Shown here in pieces: positions 56,462 to 64,000 of a stretch of DNA of 64,000 nt. The notes under the pieces were generated by a model. The model saw only the letters and a program-made list of their open reading frames with translations, was not told the DNA's origin and did no database searches. Each line of letters starts with the position of its first letter. Position 1 is the stretch's first letter. The stretch is from contig JBKAGP010000001.1 of assembly GCA_046290465.1 (NCBI GenBank), positions 5,632,001-5,696,000 of the forward strand, read 5' to 3'. The DNA is from Planctomycetota bacterium. Its GTDB lineage: Bacteria; Planctomycetota; UBA1135; UBA2386. The position numbers and the translations under genes were made by a program.

Positions 56462-57087
56462 TTGCGCGGCCCCTTCGTCGACAGCTTCAACAGGTTGGGG
56501 TTGGCGCGCACCTGCTGCTTCTTCAGCGCGGCCTGGTTGATCTCGAAGCGGACCTTCTTCTTCTCGACGAACAGCTGGATGCCGCCGCCCTTGCTGGCGA
56601 AGCCGGCGCGTTCGCAGACCAGTACGGTCGACAGCCGTTCGTGCCGCTGCACGATCTTGTCGACCTTGGGTGCGGTCACGGTGGTCGCGACGTAGAGCAG
56701 GTCGTGGGTGCGTCGCTCGGCCTTGGCGGCGACCTCCGGATCGATCACGTCGATGATCACCTTGCGCTTGCCGACCTGCTTGCCGGGCAGCTTCTCACGG
56801 ATCGCGTTGGCCAGCAGGTCCTTGCCGACCACGCCGATGCGGAACGGCGCGGTGCGCTGCCTGGCATCCGGAAAGCGCAGGTGCGGCGCGATCTTCAGGA
56901 TGATCATCGCCCGCACGATCGCGGCGCGCGCCTTCGGGTTCTGCGGCAGCTGCGCCGGTGCGGCCACGACGGCCCGCGCCTCGACGACGTGGTCGGTGTT
57001 CTCCCCCGGCGTCACGTTGGCGAGGGTCAGCGTCAGACCGACCGCGCAAACGTGCGCCGGGAGCAGGTTGGTGGGGGCCCCGGGCAT
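56458..57087 (-). CDS. yfiR: YfiR (DUF4154) family periplasmic regulator
   Basis: [29 protein letters not shown]...NLLKLS. Start codon uncertain (57087 or 57129). Confidence 0.82.
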
Positions 57088-57165
57088 GGACGTCTTCCTC
57101 AGATCGTCATGCCGCGGGGCAGCCCTCAATGGGGCTTCCCCGCATCTTCGCGCCCGCCCGGGCGA

Positions 57166-60100
57166 TCAGCTGTCGGCTTTCGCGACAGCCGGCCGTTCGG
57201 CAGCGACTTCGTCGCTCGGCTCGCTGCCGTACAGCCAGCGCCAGCCGCCCCGGATCGACCTGACGAAGTCGTCGAGCACCAGGTAGAGGCACGGCACCAG
57301 CACCAGCGTGATCAACGTCGCGAACAGCACGCCGAACGCCAGCGATACGCCCATCGGCACCAGGAAGCGCGCCTGCACGCTGCGCTCGAGCAGCAGCGGC
57401 AGCAGCCCGAAGAACGTCGTCAGCGACGTCAGCAGGATCGGCCGGAAGCGGGCGGCGCCGGCGGTGCGGACCGCCTCCATCAGCGAGCCGCTGTCCTTGC
57501 GGCGCTTGTTGATCCAGTCGACCAGCACGATGTTGTCGTTGACCACGACGCCGGACAGCGCGATGACGCCGAACATCGACAGGATGCTCAGGTCGTAGCC
57601 GGTCAGCATGTGGCCGAGCACGGCGCCGACGAACCCGAACGGGATCGCGGTGATGATCAGCACCGGTTGCAGGAACGAGTGCAGCGGGATCGCCATCAGC
57701 GCATACATCGCGAACAGCGCGATCACGAAGCCGCCCGCCAGCGAGATCAGCAGGTCGGTCTTCTTCTTCTGGTCGCCCTCGAAGCCCCAGCTCAGGCCGT
57801 CGTAGCGCGCTACCAGCCGCGGCATGATCTCCTCGCGGATGCGCGCGTTGACCGCCTCGGCGCTGGCGTCCGGATCGTTCTCGTCGATGTCTCCGCTGAC
57901 GCGCAGTGCGCGCTTCTGGTTGACGCGGGTGATCGACGAGAACGAACGACCGCCGTCGACCTCGGCCACGATCCCGATCGGCACCTCGTCGCCCGACGGC
58001 GTGCGGATGCGCATGCCGTCGAGGTCGGTCAGCGACCGTCGCTCGGCCTCGGGATAGCGGACCATCACCTTGACGTCGTCCCTGCCGCGCTGGATGCGCT
58101 GCGCCTCCTCGCCGTAGAACGCCTGTCGCACCTGGCGGGCGAGGTCGCGCTGGCTCAGCCCGAGCGGCTCGGCCGACGGCTTGATGCGCAGCTCCAGTTC
58201 GCGCTTGCCGAGGCGGAACGAGCTGGTGACGTCCTTGACCTCCGGCATCTTCGACAGCTCCGCCTGCAGGTCGTCGATCGCCGACCGCAGCGTGTCCATG
58301 TCGGCGTGGTAGACCTCGACGTCGATGTCCTTGCCGGTGCTGAAGAACGACGTCGTGTAGGTCAGCTCGATCGCGTCCGGGATCGTGCCGACCCGTTCGC
58401 GCAGCGTGCCCATGATCTCGTCGGACGACGGCGTGCGCAGCTCGGAGCGCAGCAGCTGCAGGTTGATCTCGCCGAGGTGCGAACCGGACGAGAACTGCGC
58501 GTCGCGGTTGCCGCCGTTCTGGGCCTGCTCCTGCGAGTACGGCTGCGAGCCGACGGTCGCCAGCATGTGGTCCAGCAGCCGGCCGTCGCTCGGCTGCTCG
58601 CGGTCGAACTCGTCGCACAGCTCGCGCGCGGTGCGCTCGATGTGGGCGAGCACCTGGGTGGTCTTCTCGATCGGCGTGCCCTGCGGCATCGTCAGCGACA
58701 CGACGACGTTGTCGCCCTCGACCGTCGGGAAGAACACGAACCGCGGGAAGCCCGCGACCACCAGCGAAACGACCAGCAAGAACGTCGCGCCGGCGGCGGC
58801 GATCGTGGTGTAGCGCCAGCGCAGGCTCAGCTCGAGGATCGGCTGGTAGACGCGCTGCACGATCCAGGTGAGCATGCCTTGCACCCGGTCCTGCGCCCAG
58901 CCGAGCGCGCGCGCGCCGAACCACGGCCGCGCGTTGGTGCTCTCCTTCATCAGCGTCAGGTGCGAGGGCAGGCACAGCTGCGACTCGATCAGGCTGAGCG
59001 CGAGCACCGGCAGCACGATCAGCGGGATCACCCGCCAGATCTGCGCGTCGGAGCCGGGCACCGAGAACAGCATCGGCAGGAACGCGACGATCGTCGTCAG
59101 CACCGACGCGAACACCGGGTTGCGCACCTCGCGGCTGCCGCGGATCGACGCCAGCATCGGGTTGGCGCCGAGCCGTCGGTGCCTGGCGATGTTCTCGCCG
59201 ACCACGATCGCGTCGTCGACGACGATGCCGAGCACCAGCAGGAACGCGAACAGCGAGATCATGTTGATCGACACGTCGACGACCGGCATGAACGCGACCG
59301 CGCCGAGGAACGCCACCGGGATGCCGAGCGCGACCCAGATCGCCAGCCGCAGCTGCAGGAACAGCGCCAGGATCACGAACACCAGGATCAGGCCCTGGCC
59401 GGCGTTGCGCAGCAGCAGCTCGATGCGGCTCTTCAGGATCACCGACTCATCCTTCCAGGTGGTGATCTCGACGCCCTCGGGCATCATCGACTGGCCCTTC
59501 TCGGCGACCCAGCGGCGCACCGCCTCGGTGATCACGATCGCGTCCTGGTCGCCGACGCGGAACACCTTCAGCAGCGCGGCCGGCCTGCTGTCGAAGCGCG
59601 CCGTCAGGTCGTCGTCGGCGAAGCCGTCGACCACGCGCGCGACCTCGCCGAGCTTGACCTCGCTGCCGTCGGGCCGGGTCAGCACCGTGATGTCCTCGAA
59701 CTCGCGGCCGCGGTAGGCCTGACCCTGGACGCGCAGCAGCGTCTGGCCGTCGCTCGACTTGATCGCGCCGGCCGGCAGGTCGAGGCTGCTGCCGCGGATC
59801 GCGTCGGCGACCTGGTCGAACGTCAGGCCGTAGCGACGCAGCGTGTCCTCGCCGACCTCGACCGAGATCTCGTACGGGCGCACGGCCTCGAGCTCGACCT
59901 GGGTCACCTCCGGCAGGCCGGTCAGTTCGTCGCGGACCTGCTCGGCGAGGCGCTTGAGCGGCAGTTCGCCGACCTCGCCCGACAGCGAAACGTAGATGAC
60001 CTGCTTGCGCAGCGTCAGCCGCGAGACGATCGGCTCCTCGATCTCGCCGGGGAAGTTGGTGATCGCGTCGACCTGGTTCTTGACGTCGTCGAGCACGCGG

Positions 60101-60447
60101 CCGACGTCGGCGTCCTGCAGCGTCTCGATGCTGACCGCGCCCGCGCCTTCGCTCGCCGTCGCCGTGATCTTGTCGATGCCGGTGACGCTCGACACCGCCT
60201 CCTCGATGATCTGGCAGACGCCGGTCTCGACCTCGGCGGGGGTCGCACCCGGATAGACGACCGACACCCGCACGACGTTGGGCGTGATCTCGGGGAACAC
60301 CTCGCGGCGCACGCGACCGGTCAACAGGGCCGCGGCGCCGGCGACGATGAACGCCAGCGCCAGCAGCGTGGCGGCGACGTGGTTCTGGGTGAACCGGGCG
60401 AAGAAGCCCTTGGCCTCTTCGGGCGGGATCGCGTGCTCGTCGCTCAT
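57166..60447 (-). CDS. RND efflux permease (AcrB family)
   Basis: GIVVDDAIVVGEN, GVVVNDNIVLVD and RFRPILLTSLTT motifs; 1093 aa. Confidence 0.95.
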   Translation of the reverse strand: MSDEHAIPPEEAKGFFARFTQNHVAATLLALAFIVAGAAALLTGRVRREVFPEITPNVVRVSVVYPGATPAEVETGVCQIIEEAVSSVTGIDKITATASEGAGAVSIETLQDADVGRVLDDVKNQVDAITNFPGEIEEPIVSRLTLRKQVIYVSLSGEVGELPLKRLAEQVRDELTGLPEVTQVELEAVRPYEISVEVGEDTLRRYGLTFDQVADAIRGSSLDLPAGAIKSSDGQTLLRVQGQAYRGREFEDITVLTRPDGSEVKLGEVARVVDGFADDDLTARFDSRPAALLKVFRVGDQDAIVITEAVRRWVAEKGQSMMPEGVEITTWKDESVILKSRIELLLRNAGQGLILVFVILALFLQLRLAIWVALGIPVAFLGAVAFMPVVDVSINMISLFAFLLVLGIVVDDAIVVGENIARHRRLGANPMLASIRGSREVRNPVFASVLTTIVAFLPMLFSVPGSDAQIWRVIPLIVLPVLALSLIESQLCLPSHLTLMKESTNARPWFGARALGWAQDRVQGMLTWIVQRVYQPILELSLRWRYTTIAAAGATFLLVVSLVVAGFPRFVFFPTVEGDNVVVSLTMPQGTPIEKTTQVLAHIERTARELCDEFDREQPSDGRLLDHMLATVGSQPYSQEQAQNGGNRDAQFSSGSHLGEINLQLLRSELRTPSSDEIMGTLRERVGTIPDAIELTYTTSFFSTGKDIDVEVYHADMDTLRSAIDDLQAELSKMPEVKDVTSSFRLGKRELELRIKPSAEPLGLSQRDLARQVRQAFYGEEAQRIQRGRDDVKVMVRYPEAERRSLTDLDGMRIRTPSGDEVPIGIVAEVDGGRSFSSITRVNQKRALRVSGDIDENDPDASAEAVNARIREEIMPRLVARYDGLSWGFEGDQKKKTDLLISLAGGFVIALFAMYALMAIPLHSFLQPVLIITAIPFGFVGAVLGHMLTGYDLSILSMFGVIALSGVVVNDNIVLVDWINKRRKDSGSLMEAVRTAGAARFRPILLTSLTTFFGLLPLLLERSVQARFLVPMGVSLAFGVLFATLITLVLVPCLYLVLDDFVRSIRGGWRWLYGSEPSDEVAAERPAVAKADS

Positions 60448-61637
60448 CGGTTCTGCTCCTGCGGCTCGGTGACGTCCTCGTCGACGCGCACCTTCATGCC
60501 GTCGACGGGCGCCTGCATGCTGGTGACGCAGACGCGGTCGCCGGCGACCAGGCCGGTCTGGACCAGCACGCGGTCACGTTCGGCGCGCAGCACCTCGACG
60601 GTGCGGCGCTCGAGGTGGCGGCTTTTGACGCCGTCGTCGTCGGTGCGCTCGCTGACCAGCCAGACCTGGTCACCCTGGAACACCGCCGCGCGCGGCACCG
60701 CGAACACCTGCTCGGCGAGCCGGCCGCGGATCGTCGCGTCGAGGAACATGCCGACCAGCAGCGGGTTGTCGCCGGTGGCGCGCACCCGCGCGACCGCCGT
60801 CAGCTGGCGGGTCTTGCGGTCGAGCTCGCCCTCGATGCGGACGATCCGGCCGGGCCAGCTGCGGCGCCGGCCGGCGAACTCGGCCGACAGCTCGACCTTC
60901 GGGCCGTCGTCGGTGCTGCCGGCGAGCGGCAGGTCGACGAAGCCCGCGTCGTGCAGCGGAATCGGCAGCCGCACTTCCAGCTCGCCGGTGTCGAGCACGA
61001 CGGCGAGCCGCTGGCCGCGCTGCACGGTCTGGCCGATGTCGGCGTGCACGCTGCGCACGCGCCCCGCGAACGGCAGCTGCACCTTGCAGCGCAGCAGGTC
61101 GGTGCGGGCGCGTTCGAGCTGCGCCTTGGCCGCCTCGACCGCCAGCGTCGCGTCCTTGATCTGCGGCTCGCGGCGCACCAGCGGGTCGGCCGGACGGTCG
61201 CCCTCGAGCTGCTTCCAGGCGCGCACCGCGGCCTTGGCCTCGGCCTCCTCCTGCAGCAGCCGCAGCTCGGCGCGCGCCACCGCCGACTCCTGCTGGTGGA
61301 TCGCCAGGCGGTAGTCGGTCGGGTCGATTTCGACCAGCACGTCGTTGGGCGTGAACGTGCCGCCGGCTCGCAGCGCCGGGTCGGTCCCGACGATGCGGCC
61401 TGAGACCTCCGCGGCCAGCTCGACCGTGCGCAGCGGTTCGACCGTGCCGCGCGCCAGCACGTCGAGCCGTTCGTCCGACGGCGCCACCGCGTGCACGCGC
61501 ACCAGCGGTCCGAGGTTCTCGGGCGCCGCTACGATCGGCTTCTTGCTGTTGGTGACGACCAGGTAGGCGCCGCCGATGCCGCCGGCGAGCACGGCGATCG
61601 GCAGCAGGATCTGGAGGATGGTTCGGAACGCTGTCAT
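60444..61637 (-). CDS. RND periplasmic adaptor (membrane fusion protein)
   Basis: AEVSGRIV, LPFAGRV, VPRAAV and GLVAGDRV motifs; N-terminal TM. Confidence 0.93.
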   Translation of the reverse strand: MTAFRTILQILLPIAVLAGGIGGAYLVVTNSKKPIVAAPENLGPLVRVHAVAPSDERLDVLARGTVEPLRTVELAAEVSGRIVGTDPALRAGGTFTPNDVLVEIDPTDYRLAIHQQESAVARAELRLLQEEAEAKAAVRAWKQLEGDRPADPLVRREPQIKDATLAVEAAKAQLERARTDLLRCKVQLPFAGRVRSVHADIGQTVQRGQRLAVVLDTGELEVRLPIPLHDAGFVDLPLAGSTDDGPKVELSAEFAGRRRSWPGRIVRIEGELDRKTRQLTAVARVRATGDNPLLVGMFLDATIRGRLAEQVFAVPRAAVFQGDQVWLVSERTDDDGVKSRHLERRTVEVLRAERDRVLVQTGLVAGDRVCVTSMQAPVDGMKVRVDEDVTEPQEQNR

Positions 61638-63055
61638 CGCGGTTCTCCGGTCTGCATCGTGAAGCCGCCGCCCAGGGCGAGCAGCAGGTCGATGCGGTTG
61701 TCGATGCGTTGGCGCGCGACGGTCAGCCGCGCCGATTCGGCCTGGAAGGCCTGGCGCTGGCCGTCGGCGACGGTCAGGAAGTCGGTCAGGCCCAGCTGCC
61801 AGCGCTCGCGGGCGAGGTCGCGGGCCTCGCTGGCGTGCGCCGCGGCGTCCCCGAGCGCGGCTGAGCGGTTGTCGAGTTCGGTCGCGGTGACCAGGATGTT
61901 CTCGACCTCGCCGAACGCGCGCAGCACCGCGTCGCCGTAGCTGGCGAACGCCTCGGCGCGCACCGCCTGCTGGCGGCGCACCTCGGCGCGCAGCGCGCCG
62001 CCGCGGAACAGCGGCTGCAGCAGGTTGCCGCCGATGCTCCAGACGCGGAAGTCCGAGTCGACCAGGTCCTCGAGGTCGAGGCTCTGGGTGCCGCCGCTCG
62101 CGGTCAGCGCGAACTGCGGGTAGAGCGCCGCCTCGGCGGCGTCGACGCGGCAGCCGGCGGCGGCGACGCGGCGCTCGGCGGCGCGCAGGTCGGGCCGTCG
62201 CTGCAGCAGTTCGCTCGGCAGGCCGGCCGGCACCGCGGGCAGCTCGTCCGGCAGCGCGTCGGCGACCGCGAGGCGGCCGCTCGGGTAGCGGCCGACCAGC
62301 ATGTCGAGCTGCCGCAGCGCGCGCTGCAGCGCTTCGCGCCGCTGCGCGGTGTTGGCGTTGGCGTTGGCGAGGTTGGTGGCAGCCTGGTGCACCTCGAGTG
62401 CCGGCCGCACGCCGCGTCGGAACCGATCGCGCACGTCGGCCAGCGTCTTCTCGAACGCGGCGGCGGTGGCGTCGGCGAGCGCGAGCTGCTGGCGCGCCTC
62501 GACCGCCGCGAACCAGGCGCGGCAGATCTGGCCGGCGAGGCTCAGCTGCGCCGCCTGCAGGTCGTGCACGGCGGCCTGCTGGTCGGCGAGCGCGGCGGCG
62601 TCGGCGCTGCGCAGGCGGCCCCAGACGTCGAGCTCCCAGCGCACGCCGAGCGACAGGCCGTAGGTGGTCACCGTCGTGCTCGGCACGCCGCCGCTGCCGA
62701 ACGGAAAGCCGAGGAACAGGCGGCGGGCGCGGTCGGCGTTGAAGCTGACGTCGGCCTCGGGCAGCAGCGGGGCTCCGGCGATCGTGTGCGCGGCGGCGGC
62801 GGCCTCGAAGCGCGCGACCGACGCCTGCAGGTTGGGGTTGTTGGCGAGGCCCAGCGCGACCAGCTCGTCGAGTCGCTGGTCGCCGAACTCGCGCCACCAG
62901 TCGATGCGCAGCTCGCTGCGCGGTTCGGCGTCGGTCCGGTCCGGTGCGCTCCACTGGTCGGGCACGTCGAGCTGCAGCTCGTCGTCGATGCGCGGCGGGG
63001 GATCGCCGGCGCAGGCGGCCAGCAACAGGCACGGCAACAGCAGCGCGCGGTTCAT
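61634..63055 (-). CDS. Outer-membrane efflux lipoprotein (NodT/OprM family)
   Basis: Lipobox LAAC, WWREFGD, WELDVWGR, LLQRRPDL and LALGGGF motifs. Confidence 0.94.
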   Translation of the reverse strand: MNRALLLPCLLLAACAGDPPPRIDDELQLDVPDQWSAPDRTDAEPRSELRIDWWREFGDQRLDELVALGLANNPNLQASVARFEAAAAAHTIAGAPLLPEADVSFNADRARRLFLGFPFGSGGVPSTTVTTYGLSLGVRWELDVWGRLRSADAAALADQQAAVHDLQAAQLSLAGQICRAWFAAVEARQQLALADATAAAFEKTLADVRDRFRRGVRPALEVHQAATNLANANANTAQRREALQRALRQLDMLVGRYPSGRLAVADALPDELPAVPAGLPSELLQRRPDLRAAERRVAAAGCRVDAAEAALYPQFALTASGGTQSLDLEDLVDSDFRVWSIGGNLLQPLFRGGALRAEVRRQQAVRAEAFASYGDAVLRAFGEVENILVTATELDNRSAALGDAAAHASEARDLARERWQLGLTDFLTVADGQRQAFQAESARLTVARQRIDNRIDLLLALGGGFTMQTGEPR

Positions 63056-63717
63056 CGGTGGGCCTCCGGGCCGTTGTGGGCAGGGCGGTCTCGATCGCGG
63101 CCGGCGAAGCCGCCGACGGCGTAGGCGACGAGCTGTTCGGCGAGCTCGTCCGGATCGTCGATGCGGCAGGCGCCACCGCTGACCTGGGTCAGCATGTGCG
63201 CGCTCTGCAGCGTGTGGGCCATCGCGCCGACGGTGAAGTGCATGCGGAGCCACGTGGTCTCCGCGTCGATCCCCGGCGCCGCCTCCTGCAACATGGCGAC
63301 GAAACGCCGACCCAGCTCGCCGAATTGCTCGGCGAAGAAGCCGCGCAGGAACGGCGGCTGCTCGACGCTGATGCGGCCGAAGATCCGGGCGAGTCCCGCT
63401 GCCTGGCCGTCGGGTGAGGTTCCCGAGGTCGCGATCGCGCGCAGCGCCGGCTCGACGAACGCGCGCACGATGCCCTCGAGCGTCGGCGGCGCCATCGCGT
63501 CGAGCCGGCGCACGCGCTCGGCGTTGATCGGCTCGATGCGGCGGCGCAGCACCGCCTTGACCAGTTCGTCCTTCGAACCGAAGTGGTAGTTGACCGCCGC
63601 CAGGTTGACGCCGGCGCGCTGCGTCAGCTGCCGGAGCGACGTCGCGGCGAAGCCCTGCTCGGCGAACAGGGCCTCGGCGGCGTCGAGGATCGTGTCCTTG
63701 GTGTCCGTCGTCGGCAT
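63052..63717 (-). CDS. TetR-family regulator, PsrA-like
   Basis: ILDAAEALFAEQGF..TSLRQLT..AGVNLAAVNYHFGSK and LRMHFTVGAM. Confidence 0.9.
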   Translation of the reverse strand: MPTTDTKDTILDAAEALFAEQGFAATSLRQLTQRAGVNLAAVNYHFGSKDELVKAVLRRRIEPINAERVRRLDAMAPPTLEGIVRAFVEPALRAIATSGTSPDGQAAGLARIFGRISVEQPPFLRGFFAEQFGELGRRFVAMLQEAAPGIDAETTWLRMHFTVGAMAHTLQSAHMLTQVSGGACRIDDPDELAEQLVAYAVGGFAGRDRDRPAHNGPEAHR

Positions 63718-63727
63718 GCGAGGACGG

Positions 63728-63768
63728 AACGTAGCGCGTCGAACGGTTGTTTCAAACGAGTGTTTGAA
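63728..63768 (-). promoter_or_regulatory. PsrA-type operator palindrome overlapping a sigma-70 promoter
   Basis: TTCAAAC-GAGT-GTTTGAA (63751-63768). Minus-strand TTGAAA-N16-TACGTT lies 10 nt before the TetR ATG. Confidence 0.78.
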
Positions 63769-64000
63769 CGACCTCCGCCAGGTGGGCATATTGCCCTTCG
63801 TCGTTGTAGGCCTGCGGCGAGATGCGCAGCAGGCGCAGGTGCGGCTTGGGCCAGCGCATCACCGGGACCTCGATGCGGTGCCGTTCCCAGAGCGCAACCT
63901 GAAGCGGGTCAAGACCTTGTGGCGAAATGATCGGCTCATTGCTCGGCGGCAGCACGACCGACGCCAGCGAGCCGATCATCGCGTCGGGGGCCGGCGGTGC
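63752..64000 (-). CDS. Class V aminotransferase (isopenicillin N epimerase-like), C-terminal fragment cut by window edge
   Basis: MIGSLASVVLP...LWERHRIEVPV...LLRISPQAYN. Confidence 0.75.
   Translation of the reverse strand, partial: APPAPDAMIGSLASVVLPPSNEPIISPQGLDPLQVALWERHRIEVPVMRWPKPHLRLLRISPQAYNDEGQYAHLAEVVQTLV

Noticed and set aside
56641..61314. 1557-aa plus-strand ORF
   Set aside because: Antisense shadow of the RND permease, adaptor and yfiR genes.
63752..64000. Isopenicillin N epimerase-like fragment next to an efflux pump as a sign of an antibiotic cluster
   Set aside because: Class V aminotransferases are widespread, and no biosynthetic genes are visible in the window.

Overview
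A very GC-rich bacterial chromosomal window. The gene families present suggest Planctomycetota, but that is an inference. I see no rRNA, tRNA, CRISPR array, transposase or phage genes. From left to right: (1) a six-gene TonB2/Ttp-type energiser operon behind a TonB-dependent receptor; (2) an acyl-CoA dehydrogenase, a secreted Arg/Ser-rich and Gly/Trp-rich TPR protein, and a DUF502 protein; (3) a beta-propeller protein, a pentaheme cytochrome c and a HAD hydrolase in one operon; (4) two ECF sigma/anti-sigma pairs, two secreted amidohydrolases and bioY; (5) a complete enteric-like trpEGDCFBA-aroF operon, preceded by an unannotated Trp-rich leader peptide and a textbook attenuator; (6) a SulP/beta-carbonic anhydrase pair divergent from an NhaR-like LysR; (7) a nine-gene heme operon; (8) directly upstream of it, a four-gene cluster headed by a Fur-like box (secreted protein, PepSY-TM protein, structured intergenic RNA, small Cys/His protein, double Kelch propeller), which is the best candidate for an undescribed system; (9) a YfiR/hybrid kinase/TonB receptor module; (10) a PsrA-like TetR with its operator heading an RND tripartite pump. 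Many long ORFs in the supplied track are GC-driven shadow frames. Start codons were re-picked by hand, and family assignments come from motif recognition, not database searches.
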